From the human T2T-CHM13v2.0 reference genome, Homo sapiens, in the NCBI GenBank assembly GCA_009914755.4, contig CP068257.2, forward strand, positions 6,272,001 to 6,336,000: a stretch of DNA of 64,000 bases, read 5' to 3'. The notes under the pieces are model-generated. The model had not been told where the DNA came from. It saw nothing but the letters and a program-made list of their open reading frames with translations, and ran no database searches. Numbering within the stretch: position 1 is the stretch's first letter; each line of letters starts with the position of its first letter. A program made the translations under genes and the position numbers. Below are positions 16,001 through 31,894 of this stretch, piece by piece.

Positions 16001-18258
16001 GTGCCTACTGGAGACATTGTGACATATCACTGCACTGATCACCGAGATGTTGTAACTCTTGTATAGGCTTCACTGACAGGGGGCATTGAGACATATCTCT
16101 ACACTGATCACCGAGGTGATGCAACTATTGTCTGGGATCTGCTTACAGGGTGCATTGTGACATATCTCTACCCTGATCACCCAGTTGATGTAACTCTTGT
16201 CTAGGCTCTGCCTACTGGAGACATTGTGACATATCTCCGCACTGATCACCCAGGTGATGTTAGTTTTGTCAAGGATATCGCTACAGGGACATTGTGACAT
16301 GTCACTGCACTGATCACACAGCTGATGTAACTCTTGTCTAGGCTCTGGCTACAGGGGCATTGTGACATAACTCTGCACTGATCACCCAGGTGATGTGACA
16401 CTTGTCTAGGCTCTGCCTACAGGGGCATTGTGAAATATCTCTGCAGTGATAACGCAAGTGATGTAACTTTTGTCTATATCTGCCTACTGGCGGCATTGTG
16501 GCATATTTCTGCACTGATCACCCAGGTGATGGACTCCTGTCTTGGATTTGCCTATGGGGGCATAGTGACATATCTCTGCACTGATCACTCATGTGATGTA
16601 ACGCTTGTCTAAGCTGCGCCTAAAGGGGAATTGTGACAGATATCTCCCCTGATCACCCAGATGATGTAACGATTTTCTGTGATTTGTCTACAGGGGGATT
16701 TGTGACATATCTTTGCACTGATCACCCAGGAGGTGTAACTGTTGTCTATGCTTGGCCTATATGGGATTTGTGACATATTTCTGCACTGATTACCCAGGTG
16801 ATGTAACTCTTGTCTAGGCTCCACCTCCAGGGGGTATGGTGACGTATCTCTGCACTGATCACTCAGTTGATGTAACATTTATCTAGGCTCTGCCTACAGA
16901 GATGTTTTGACATAGCTGTGCACAGATCAACTAGATTATGTAACTCTTGTCCACTCTCTGCCTACAGGGGGCATTGTGAAATATCTCTGCACTGATTACC
17001 CAGGTGATGGGACTCTTTTCTATACTCTGCCTAGAGGGGGAATTTGTGACAAATCTCTGGACTGATCACCCAGACGATGGAAGTCTTGTCTAGGCTCTGT
17101 CTATGAGGTCATTGTGTCAAATATCTGCACTGATCACCCAGTTGATTTAACTCTTGTCTAGGCTCTGTCTAGAGGGATTTTTCTAACATATCACTGCACT
17201 GATCACCTAGGTGATGTAAGCCTTGTATGGGCGTTGCCTACAGAAGGCTTTGTGACAGATCTGTGCACTGATCTCTGAGGTAATGCAACTCTTGTCTAGG
17301 CACTGCCTACAGGGTACATTGGTACATACCTCTGCACTGATCACCCAGGTGATGGACTTTTGTCTTAGATGTGCCTACATGGACATTGTGACACATCTCT
17401 GAACTGATCAACCAAGTGATGAAACTCTTGTCTAGGCTCTGCCTACAGGGGCTTTGTGACACATCTCTGCACTGATCACCCTGGGGAGGGAACTCTTGTC
17501 TATGCTCTGCCTACAGGAAGCTTTATGACTTATACCTGCACTGATAACCTAGGTGATGTAACACTTGTCTAGGCTCTGCCTACACGGGAATTCTCACATA
17601 TCTCTGCACTGATCACCGAGGTGATGTAACTCCTGTCTATGTTCAGCCTGCAGGAGAGTTTTGACATATCTCTGCACTGATCACCCAGGTGATGTAACCC
17701 TTGTCTAAGCTCTGCCTACACGGGCATTGTGACAGATCTCTCCACTGCTCACCCAGCTGATGTAACAATTGTCTGGGATTTGCCTACAGGGGCTTTGTGA
17801 TATACATTTCCGCTGATCAAACAGGTGATGTAACCCTTGTCAAGGTTCTGCTTATAGGGGCTTTATGACATATCTCTGCACTGATCACCCCAGGAAGGAA
17901 ACACTTGACTACACTCTGCCTACAGGAGGCTTTACGACTTATCCCTGCACTGATCACTAGGTGATGTAACACTTGTCTAAGCTCTGTATACACGGGAATT
18001 TTCACATATCTCTACACTGCTCACCTAAATGATGTACCGCTTGTGTAGGTTCAGCCTACTGTGGATTTCTGATGTACCTATGCACTGATCACCGAGGTGA
18101 TGTAAATCATTTCCAGGCTTTTTGTACAGGGGACATTGTGATATATCTCTGCACTGATCACCCAAATGATGGAAATCCTCTCTAGGCTCCGCAGGGAGGG
18201 TGCATTGTGACATATCTCTGAACTGATCATTCAGTTCTGTAACTATTCTCCAGGCTTT
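10088..18258. repeat. Beta-satellite array, 68-bp monomers, orientation F.
   Basis: Same monomer family and period as 1-7311. The first roughly 600 bp after block A resemble the first 600 bp after block B (19130 onward). Confidence 0.92.
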
Positions 18259-19129
18259 GACTAAAGAGTGTCAGAAGGTGTTGGGAGATCCTCAGCCGGA
18301 ATTTCACGACAAGGGCACAGAGAGGCGAGAGGGCTCCCTTACACGTCAGCCAGTGTGCGCAATGAGCGCCGGTCTAGCCAGGAGGCCAGCAAAGAGAGCT
18401 AGAGGTCAGCGTTCCACCGCCAGGCGCCCCATGGTGGCAGCTGGGAGGCTGCAGGGGCACGGGCTCTTTTAAAGGCCCGCAGGCAGGCAGGCTCCACCAC
18501 TTCATGAATGGCGGTGAGCCCTGGGACAGCCCGCCCCACACCAGAAGGGTCCCAGCTCGTCGAGGCCTGTAGCCGGAGGGTGATCGGGTGTGGGGGGATG
18601 GCGTGGTGATGGTGGTGGTGGGGCTGGATAGACGAAGAGGAAGGGGGCGAAGGGGAAAGGGTGAGGGGGGCGCGTTTCGGGAGCTGGATCTCCGGACCTC
18701 TCCAGGAATCCCGCGGGAACTGGAGGCTGCTCTCTGGGCTCCCACGCGTTTTCAGCAGAGACAAACTGGCCTGGGAGTGTGGCCGGGAGTGTGGAACTGA
18801 ACTTCCGTGAGTCTTCAGTGTTCCAGGCCCTCTCTCCGTGAAGGAGGCAGTGCCTGTGGGTGGCGCCATTGCCAGGACAGTCTGACACACGCAGCCATGT
18901 GGCTGTCATTTATTTCTACTTTGGAGACCAGAGCGAGACCCCAGAGAGAAGATGCCTCCCTAGCGTGATGGACTGACGATGGATTCCCGTGTGCAGCAAC
19001 ATGGGGAGACTGCAGTGTGGCCGGTTTGGAAACTGGCAAGGAGAGCGAAGGAACCATGCCGGTCTTCCACACTTCCCTCATGTTTCCGGGTGCCCGCAGA
19101 GCTCCGGGAGCAAACAGTTAGCATGACAC
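18259..19129 (-). repeat. D4Z4-like unit B, internally deleted. The 3' flank (18259-~18464) is fused directly to the TATA/promoter-proximal region (~18465-19129). The whole DUX4L ORF, about 1.9 kb, is missing.
   Basis: 18259-18464 aligns to block A 7312-~7520, and 18465-19129 aligns to block A ~9428-10087. The junction is CACGGGC|TCTTTTAAAGGCCCGCAGG at about 18464/18465. The TATA position here reads TTTAAAAG on the sense strand. Confidence 0.85.
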
Positions 19130-21757
19130 ATCTCAGAACTGTTCAACAAAGTGATGTAACACTTGTCTAGGCTCTGCCTACAGGGGCTTTGTGACATATC
19201 TCTGCACTGTTCACCCAGCTGATGGGAGTTTTTTCTAGGCTCTGCCTGTGGGGACATTGTGACATATCTCTACACTGATCACCTTGGTGATGTAACTCTT
19301 GTGTTGGATCTGCCTATGGGGGCATTGTGACATATTTCTACACTGATCGCCCAAGTGATGGGACTCTTGTCTAGGCACTGTGGATGGGGGCTTTGTGACT
19401 TATCTCTGCACTGATCACCCAGGTGATGTAACGATTAACTAGGCTCTGCCTACGGGGCATAGTGACATATCACTGCATTGATCACCGAGGTGATGTAACT
19501 CTTGTCCAGGCTCTGCCTATAGGGGGCCTTGTGACATATCTCTGCACTGATCACCTAGGTGATGCAACTCTTGCTTACGCTCTGCCTGCAAGGCATTATG
19601 AAATATCTCTGCACTGATCACCAAGGAGATGGGAATCTTCTCTAAGCTCTGCCTACTGGGGGCATTGTCACATATTTCTGCACTGATCACCCATGTGATG
19701 GACTCTTGTCTTGGATTTGCCTATGGGGGCATTGTGACATATCTCTGCACTGATCACCCAGGTGATGTAACTCTTGTCTAAGCTCTGCCTAAAAGGGCAT
19801 TGTGACAGATCTCTGCACTGATCACTCAGGTGATGTAACTATTGTCTAGGCTCTGCTTAAAGGGGCCTTGTCACATATCTCTGCACTGATCACCCAGGTG
19901 ATGTAACTCTTGTCTAGGCTCTGCTTAAACCTGGTATTGTGACGTATCTCTGCACTGATCACATAAGTGATTTAACACTTGTGTAGGCTCTGCATTCAGG
20001 GGCATTTTGACATATCTCTGCACTGTTAACCGAGGTGATGTAACCCTTGTCTAGGCTGTGCCCACAGGGGGATTGAGACATATCTCTGCACTTATTCCGA
20101 GAAGATCCAACTCTTGCCTGGTCTCTGCCTACTGGTGACATTGTGACATATCTCTGCACTGATCTCCCAGGTGCTCTAACTATATTCTAGGCTCTGGCTA
20201 CACGGCATTGTGACATATCACTGTACTGAACACCCAGGTGATATAACTCTTGTCTAGGCTCTGCCTACAGGGGGCTTGTGACATATCTCTGCACTGATCA
20301 CCCAGGTGATATAACTCTTCTCTAGGATCTGCCTACAGAGTGCTTTGTGACATATCCCTGCAATGATCACCCAGGTGATATACCATATGTCAAGGCTCTG
20401 CCTACAAGGGCATTGTGACAGAACTCTGCACTGATCACCCAGGTGATGGGACTCTTGTCTAGGCTCTCCCAACAGTGGCTTTGTGACATATCCCTTCACT
20501 GATCACCCAGGTGATGCAAATCTTTTGTAGGATCTGCCTACAGGGTGCTTTGTGACATATCCCTGCAATGATCACCCAGGTGATATACCACTTGTCAAGG
20601 CTCTGCTTACAGGGGCATTGCGATGTATCTCTGCACTGATCACCTAGGTCATGTAACTCTTGTCTAGGCTCTGCCTACAGTGGCATTGTGACATATCTCT
20701 GCACTGATCATCCAAGTGATGTAACTCTTTTCCAGAATCTGCCTAAAGGGACTTTGGGACACAACTCTGCACTGATCATCCAGGTGTTGGGCTTTTGTCT
20801 AGGCTCTGCCTAAGGGGGCAATGTGACATATTTCTTCACTGATCACCCAGGTGACTGAGTCTTGTCTTGGATCTGCCCATGGGGGCATTGTGACATATCT
20901 CTGCACTGAACACCCAGGTGATGTAAGTGTTGTACAAGCTCTGCCTACAGGGGAATTGTGAGGGATCTCACCACTGATCACCATAGTGATGTAAATATTG
21001 TCTAGGCTTTGCCAACAGGAGGCTTTGGAACATACCTTTGCACTGATCACCTAGGTGATGTAACTCATCTAAATTCTGCCTACAGGAGCTTTGTGACACA
21101 TCTCTGCACTGATCACTTAGTTGATGTAACACTTTTATAAGCACTGCCTATAGGAAATTTTGACAAATCTCTGCACTGATCACATATGTGATGTAACCCT
21201 TGTCTACCCTCTGCCCAAAGGGGGCATTGTGAAATATCTCTGCATTGATAACCCAGGTGATTCAACTCTTGTCTAGGATCTGCCTACAGGGGGTATTGTG
21301 AAATATCTCTGCACTGATCAGCTAGGTGATGTAACTCTTGTCTTGGCTCTGCCTACATGGGCGTTTTCACATATCCCTGAACTGATGACAAAGGTGATGT
21401 AACTCTTGTCTTGGCTCTGCCTACATGGGCGTTTTCACATATCCCTGAACTGATGACAAAGATGATGTAACTCTTGCCTAGGCTTTGCCTACAGGGGACA
21501 TTGTGACATATCTCTGCACTGATGAAGTGATGAAACCCTTGTCTAGGTTTAGCCTATTGGGAATTTCTGTCATACCTATGCACTGATTACGGAGGTGATG
21601 TAAATCATTTCCAGGCTTTTTGTACAGGGGACATTGTGATATGTCTCTGCACTGATCACCCAAATGATACAAATCTTCTCTATGCTCTGCAGGGAGGCTG
21701 CATTGTGACATGTTTCTGAACTGATCATTCAGGAGATGTAACAATTCTCCAGGCTTT
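19130..21757. repeat. Beta-satellite array, orientation F.
   Basis: 68-bp monomers. A local tandem duplication of one monomer at about 21345-21480 (...GATGACAAAGGTGATGTAACTCTTGTCTTGGCTCTGCCTACATGGGCGTTTTCACATATCCCTGAACT... appears twice). Confidence 0.9.
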
Positions 21758-23660
<1,903 letters not shown>

Positions 23661-26600
23661 AGCCTGGAGAATAGGTACATCTCCTGGATGATCAGTTCAG
23701 AAATGTGTCACAATGCCCCCTCCCTGCGGAGCATAGAGAAGATTTGCATCATTTGGGTGATCAGTGCAGAGATATAACACAATGTCCCCTGTACAAAAAG
23801 CCTGGAAATGATTTACATCACCTTGGTGATCAGTGCATAGGTATGTCAGAAATCCCCAGTAGGCTGAACCTAGACAAGGGTTACATCACTTAGGTGATGA
23901 GTGTAGAGATATGTGAAAATTCCCGTGTAGACAGAGCCAAGACAAGTGTTACATCACCTAGTGATCAGTGCAGGGATAAGTCGTAAAGCCTCCTTTAGGC
24001 AGAGTGTAGAAAATTGTTTCCTCCCTGGGGTGATCAGTGCAGAGAAATGTCACAAAGCCCCTGTAAGCAGAACCTTGACAAGGGTTACATCACCTGTTTG
24101 ATCTGCGGAAATGTATATCACAAAGCCCCCTGTAGGCAAAACCCAGACAATTGTTACATCACCTGGGTGAGCAGTGGAGGGATCTGTCACAATGCCCCTG
24201 TAGGCAGAGCTTAGACAAGGGTTACATCACCTGGGTGATCAGTGAATAGATATGTCAAAACGTTCCTTTAGGCTGAACCTAGACAGGAGTTACATCAACC
24301 AGGTGATCAGTGCACAGATATGTGAGAATTCCTGTGTAGGGAGAGCCTAGACCAGTTTTTCATCAACTAGGTTATCTGTGCAGGTATAAGTCATAAAGCC
24401 TCCTGTAGGCAGAGCGTAGACAAGAGTTCCATCCCCAGGGTGATCAGTGCAGAGATGTGTCACAAAGCCCCTGTAGGCAGAGGCTAGACAATAGTTTCAT
24501 CACTTGTTTGTTCAGTTCAGAGATGTGTCACAATGTCCATGTAGACAGATCTAAGACAAGCGTCCATCACCTGGGTGATCAGTGCAGAGATATGTCCCGA
24601 TGTCCCCTGTAGGCACTGCCTAGACAAGAGTTGCATCACCTCAGAGATCAGTGCATAGATATGTCACAAAGCCTTCTATAGGCAAAGCCCATACAAGGCT
24701 TACATCACCTAGGTGATCAGTGCAGTGATATGTCACACAAATCCCTGTAGACAGACCGTAGACAAGAGTTACATCACCTGGGTGATCAGTGCAGATATTT
24801 GACACAATGCCCCCATAGACAGAGTCTAGACAAGACTTCCATCTCCTGCGTGATCAGTGCAGAGATATGTCACAAATCTCCCTCTAGGCAGAGTATAGAG
24901 AAGAGTCCCATCACCTGGGTGACCAGTGCAGAGTTACTTCACAATATCCCCTGTAGACAGAGAGTTGACAAGAGTTACATAACCTACGTGACCTGTGCAG
25001 AGCTATATCAAAACGCCCCTGTAGGCAGATCCTATGTAAATGTTACATCACCTGGGTGATCAGTGCAGAGATACGTCACAATAGCCCCTGTAGGTGGAGC
25101 CTAGAAATGAGTTACATCACCTGGGTGATCAGTGCAGAGATAAGTCACAATGCACCCTGTAAGCTGTGCATAGAGAAGAGTTGCATCACCTGGGTGATCA
25201 GTACAGAGATATGTCACAATGGCCCCTGTTGGCAGAGCACAGAGAAGAGTTGCATCACCTGGGTGATCAGTGCAGAGATATGTCACAGTGCCCCCGTAGG
25301 CAAGGCCTAGGCAAGAGTTACATCACCTTTGTCATCAGTTCAGGGATATGTGAAAACGCCCCTGTAGGCAGAGCCTAGACGAGTGTTACATCACCTAGTT
25401 GATTAGTGCAGAGATATTTCACAATACCTCCTGTAGGCAGATCCTAGACAAGAGTTGAATCACCTGGGTGATCAGTGCAGAGATATTTCACAATGCCCCC
25501 TTTGGGCAGAGGGTAGACAAGAGTTATATCACCTAGGTGATCCGTGCAGAGATTTGACAAAATTCCCTGTATGCAGTGCTTATAAAAGTGTTACATCACC
25601 TAAGTGAGCAGTGCAGAGATATGTCACAAAGCTCCTGTAGGCAGAACTTAGATGAGTTACGTCACCTGGGTGATCAGTGCAAAGGTATGTCACAAAGCCC
25701 CGTGTAGGCAAAGCCTAGAATATCGTTACATCACTTGGGTGATCAGTGGTGAGATTTCTCACAGTTCACCTGTCGGCAGAGCTTATACAACAGTTACATC
25801 ACCTGGGTGATCAGTGCAGAGACATGTCACAATGCCCCCATAGGCAAATCCAAGACAAGAGTCCGTCACCTGGGTGATCAGTGCAGAAATATGTCACAAT
25901 GCCCCCTTAGGCAGAGCCTAGACAAAACCCCATCACCTGGATGATCAGTGCAGAGTTATGTCGCAAAGTCCCTTTAGGCAGTTCCTAGACAATGTTACAT
26001 CACTTGGATAACCAGAGCAGAGATATGTCACAATGCCAATGTAGGCAGAGCATAGACAAGATTTACATGACCTAGGTGATCAGTGCAGAGATGCATCGCA
26101 ATGAACCTGTAGGCAGAGCCTTGACAAGTGGTACATCACCTGGATGAACATTGCAGGGATATGTCACAAAGCACCCTGTAGGCAGATCCCAGAAAATAGT
26201 TACATCACCTGGGTGATCAGTGCAGTGATATGTCACAATGCCACTGTAGGCAGAGCCTAGACAAGAATTACATGACCTAGGTGATCAGTGCAGAGATACT
26301 TCGCAATGCCCCTGTAGCCAGAGCCTTGACAAGTGGTATATCACCTGCGTGATCATTGCAGGGATATGTCACAAGGCACCCTGTAGGCAGATCCTAGAGA
26401 AGAGTTATATCACCTAGGTGATCAGTGCAGAGATATGTCACAAGCCCCCTGTAGGCAGAGCCTAGACAAGGGTTATATCACCTGGGTGATCAGTGCAGTG
26501 ATATGTCACAATGCCGTGTAGCCAGAGCCCAGACTAAAGTTACAGCACCTGGGAGATCAGTGCAGAGATATGTTACAATGTCCCCATTAGGCACAGACCA

Positions 26601-29600
26601 GACAACAGTTGGATCACCTCGGGATCAGTGCAGACATATGTCTCAATCCCCCTGTGGGCACAGCCTAGACAATTGTTACATCACCTCGGTTAACAGTGCA
26701 GAGATATGTCAAAATGCCCCTGTAGGCAGAGCCTTCGCAAGGATTACATCACTTATGTGATCAGTGCAGAGATATGTCACAATACCCCCTGTAAACAGAG
26801 CCTAGACAAGAGTTACATCACCTGGGTGATCAGTGCAGAGATATGTGACAAGGCCCCTTTAAGCAGAGCCTAGACAACAGTTACATCACCGGAGTGATCA
26901 GTGCAGAGATCTTTCACAATGCCCTTTTAGGCAGAGCTTAGACCACAGTTACATCATCTGGGTGATCAGTGCAGAGATATGTCACAATGCCCCCATAGGA
27001 AAATCCAAGAAAAGAGTCCGCCACATGGGTGATCAGTGTAGAAATATGTGACAATAGCCCCAGGAGGCAGAGCCTAGAGAAAAGTCCAATCACCTGGGTG
27101 ATCAGTGCAGAGATATGTCACAAAGCCCCCATACACAGAGCATAGACAAGAATCCCATCACCTGGGTGATCAGTGAAGACATATGTCAAAATGACCCCAG
27201 AGGCAGATCCAACACAAGAGTTACATCACCTGGCTGATCAGTGCAGAGATATGTCAGAATGCTCCTCTAGGCTGAACCTAGAAATGAGTTACATCAACTG
27301 AGTGATCAGTGCAGAGATATGTGAGAATTCCCGTGTAGGCAGAGTCTAGACAAGTGTTACATCACCTAGGTTATCAGTGCAGGTATAAGTCATAAAGCCT
27401 CCTGTAGGCAGAGCATAGACAAGACTTTCCTCCCCAGGGTCATCAGTGCAGAGATGTGTCACCAAGCCCATTTAGGCAGAGCCTAGACAAGAGTTTCATC
27501 ACTTGGTTGATCAGTTCAGAGATGTGTCACAATGTCCATGTAGGCAGATCTAAGACAAGAGTCCATCTCCTGGGTGATCAGTGCAGAGATATGTACCAAT
27601 GTCCCCTGGAGGCAGTGCCGAGACAAGAGTTGCCTCACCTTAGCGATGAGTGCATAGATATGTCACAAAGCCTTCTGTAGGCAAAGCCCATACAAGGCTA
27701 ACATCACCTAGGTGATCAGTGCAGTGATATGTCACAAAAATTCCTGTAGACAGAGCCTAGAAAAGAGTTACATCACCTGGGTGATCAGTGCAGATATTTG
27801 ACACAATGCCCCCATGGACAGAGCTTTGACAAGACTTCCATCACCTGGGTGATCAGTGCAGAGATATGTCACAAACCCCCTCTAGGCAGAGTAAAGAGAA
27901 GTGTCCCATCACCTGAGTGATCAGTGCAGAGATATTTCACAATGCCCCTGTAGGCTGAGAGTGGACAAGAGTTACATAACCTAGGTGATCTGTGCAGAGC
28001 TATTTCAAAACGCCCCTGTAAGCAGAGCCTAGATAAATGTTACATCACCTGGGCGATCAGTGCAAAGATACGTCGCAATACCCCCTGTAGTTGGAGCCTA
28101 GACAAGAGTTACATCACCCGGGTGATCAATGAAGAGATACTTCACAATACACCCTGTAGTTGGAGCAGAGACAAGAGTTACATCACCTGGGTGATCAGTA
28201 CAGAAATATGTCACAAAGCCCCTGTAGGCAGAGCCTAGAAAAGAGTTACATCACCTAGTTGATCAGTGCAGAGATATTTCACAATGTCCCCTATAGGCAA
28301 AGCCTAGACGTGAGTTACATCACCTTTGTAATCAGTTCACGGATATGTGAAAACGCCCCTGTGGGGAGAGCCTAGACAAAAGTTACATCACCTAGGTGAT
28401 CAGTGCAGAGATATTTCACAATATCCCCTGTAAGCAGATCCTAGACAAGAGTTGAATCACCTGGGTGATCAGTGCAGAGATATTTCACAATGCCCCCTTT
28501 GAGCAGAGTGTAGACAAGAGTTACATCACCTAGGTGATCAGTGCAGAGATTTGTCAAAATTCCCTGTAGGCAGTGCTTATAAAATTGTTATATCACATAA
28601 GTGATCAGTGCAGAGATATGTCACAAAGCTCCTGTAGGCAGAACTTAGATGAGTTACATCACCTGGATGATCAGTGCAAAGGTATGTCACAAAGCCCCCT
28701 GTAGGCAAAGCCTAGACAATAGTTACATCAGTGGGGTGATCAGTGGCGATATCTCTCACAATTCCCCGGTAGGCAGAGCTTATACAACAGTTACATCAGC
28801 TGGGTGATTATTGCAGAGATATGTCACAATGCCCCCATAGGCAGATCCAAGACAAGAGTCCGTCACCTGGGTGATCAGTGCAGAAATATGTCACAATGCC
28901 CACTTAGGCAGAACCTAGACAATAGCCGCATCACCTGGATGATCAGTGCAGAGTTATGTCACAAAGTTCCTTTAGGCAGATCCTAGACAAGAGTTGCATC
29001 ACTTGGATGATCAGTGCAGAGATATGTCACAATTCCACTGTAGGCAGAGTCTAGACAAGAGTTACATGACCTAGGTGATTAGTGCAGAGATACAGCGTAA
29101 TGTCCCTGTAGGCAGGGCCTTGACAAGTGGTACATCACCTGGATGATTATTGCATGGATATGTCACAAAGCATCCTGTAGGCAGATCCTAGAGAAAAGTT
29201 ATATCACCTGGGTGATCAGGGCAGAGTTATGTCACAAGCCCCTGTAGGCAGAGCCTAGACAAGAGTTATATCACTTGGGTGATCAGTGCAGTGATATGTC
29301 ACAATGCCGTGTAGCCAGAGCCTAGACTAAAGTTACAGCACCTGGAAGATCAGTGCAGAGATATGTCACAATGTCCCCAGTAGGCAGAGACCAGGCAAGA
29401 GTTGGATCACCTCAGGATCAGTGCAGAGTAATGGCTCAATCCCCATGTGGGCACAGCCTAGACAAGGGTTACATCACCTCGGTTAACAGTGCAGAGATAT
29501 GTCAAAATGCACCTGTAGGCATAGCCTACACAAGTGTTACATCACTTAGGTGATCAGTGTAGAGATATGTCCCAATACCCCTGTAAGCAAAGCCTAGGAA

Positions 29601-31894
29601 AGGGTTACATCACCTGGGTGATCAGTGCAGAGATATGTGACAAGGCCCCTTTAAGCAGAGCCTAGACAATAGTTACATCACCTGAGTGATCAGTGCAGAG
29701 ATCTGTCACAATGCCCCTTTAGGCAGAGCTTAGACCAGAGTTACATCACCTGGGTGATCAGTGCAGGGATATGTCACAATGCTCCCATAGGCAAATCCAA
29801 GACAAGAGTCTGTCACCTGGGTGATCAGTGCAGAAATATGTGACAATGCTCCCAGTAGGCAGAGCCTAGAGAAGAGTCCCATCACCTGGGTGATCAGTGC
29901 AGAGATATTTCACAATGCCCCTGCAGGCAGAGCGCAAGCAAGCTTTACATCACCTAGATGATCAGTGCAGAGATATGTCACAAGCCCCCCAATAGGCAGA
30001 GCCTGGACAAGAGTTATATCACCTCGGTGATCAATGCAGTGATATATCACTATGCCCCGTAGGCAGAGCCTAGTCAAGCATTACATCACCTGGGTGATCA
30101 GTGCAGAGATATGTCACAAAGCCCCCAAACCCAAGGCCTAGACAAGAGTCCCATCACCTGGGAGATCTGTGAAGAAATATGTCACAATGCCCCCATAGGC
30201 AGATCCAACACAAGAGTTACATCACCTGGGTGATCAGTGTAGAGATATGTCACAATGCCTGCATAGGCAGAGCCTAGACAAAAGTCCCATCACTTGGGTG
30301 ATCCGTGCAGAGTGATGTCACAGCGCCCTCTGTAGGCACAGACTAGAAAATAGTTGCATCACCTCAGTGATCAGTGCGGAGATATGTCAAAATGTCTCCA
30401 GTAGGCAGAGACTAGACAAGAGTTATATCACCTGGGTGATCAGGGCAGAGATATGTCACAATGCACCCTGTTAGCAGATCCCAGACAAGAGTTGCATCAC
30501 CTCGGTGATCAGTGCAGAGATATGTCTCAATGCCCCCTGTCTGCGAAGCCTATACAAGAGTTACATCATCTCGGTGATCAGTGCAGTGATATGTTAAAAT
30601 GCCCCTGTATGCCGAGCCTAGACAAGAGTTACATCACCTGGTTGATCAGTGCAGAGATATCTCACAATACCCCCTATAAGCAGAGCCTAGACAAGAGTTA
30701 CATCACCTGGGTGATCAGTGCAGACATATGTCATAAATCGCACTGTAGGCAAAGCCTAGACAAGTTTTACATCACCTCAGCGATCAGTGCAGAGATATGT
30801 CCCAATGTCCCTCTAGGCAGAGGTTAGACAAGAGACACATCTCCTGGGTGATCACTGCAGTGCTAAGTCACAATGCCCCAATAGGCAGAGCCTAGACAAG
30901 AGTTACATAACCAGGGTGATCCGTGAAGAGTGATGTCACAACGCCCTCTGTAGGCAGAGACTAGAAACGAGTTACATCACCTGGGTGATCAGTGCAGAGA
31001 TATGTCACAATGCCCCCTGTAGGCAGAGCATAGAGAAGAGTTGCATCACCTGGGTGATCAGTGCAGAGATATGTCACAATGGCCCCTGTAGGCAGAGCAT
31101 AGAGAAGAGTTGCATCACCTGGGTGATCAGTGCAGTGATATGTCACAATGGCCCCTGTAGGCAGAGCATAGAGAAGAGTTGCATCACCTGGGGATCAGTG
31201 CAGAGATATGTCACAATGTCCCCTGAAGGCAAAGCCTAGGCAAGAGTTACATCACCTTTGTCATCAGTTCAGGGATATGTGAAAATGCCCCTGTAGGCAG
31301 AGCCTAGACAAGAGTTACATCACCTAGTTGATCAATGCAGAGATATTTCACAATACCCCCTGAAGGCAGATCCTAGACAAGAGTTGGATCACCTGGGTTA
31401 ACAGTGCAGAGATATTTCACAATGCCCCCTTTGGGCAGAGGGTAGACAAGAGTTACATCACCTAGGTGACCACTGCAGAGATTTTTCAAAATTCCCTATA
31501 GGAAGTGCTTATAAAACTGTTACATCACCTAGATAATCAATGCAGAGATATGTCACAAGGCCCCCTGTAGGCAGAGCCTGGACAAGAGTTACATCACCTC
31601 GGTTATCAATGCAGTGATATGTCACTATGTCCTGTAGGCAGAGCCTAGTCAAGCGTTGCATCACCTGGGTGATCAGTGCAGAGATATGTTCACAAAGCCC
31701 CCATACACAGAGCCTAGACAAGAGTCCCATCACCTGGGTGATCAGTGCAGAAATAGGTCACAATGCCCCCATAGGAAGATCCAACACAAGAGTTACATCA
31801 CCTGGGTGATCAGTGTAGAGTTATGTCACAATGCCCCCATAGGCAGAGCCTAGACAAAAGTCCCATCACCTGGTGATCAGTGCAGAGATATGGT
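23661..31894. repeat. Beta-satellite array in the opposite orientation, 'R'. Monomers read ...GATCAGTGCAGAGATATGTCACAATGCCCCTGTAGGCAGAGCCTAGACAAGAGTTACATCACCTGGGT... on the + strand.
   Basis: Same 68-bp family read as the reverse complement. The first roughly 300 bp (23661-23960) mirror the reverse complement of 21480-21757 at about 90% identity. Confidence 0.92.
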
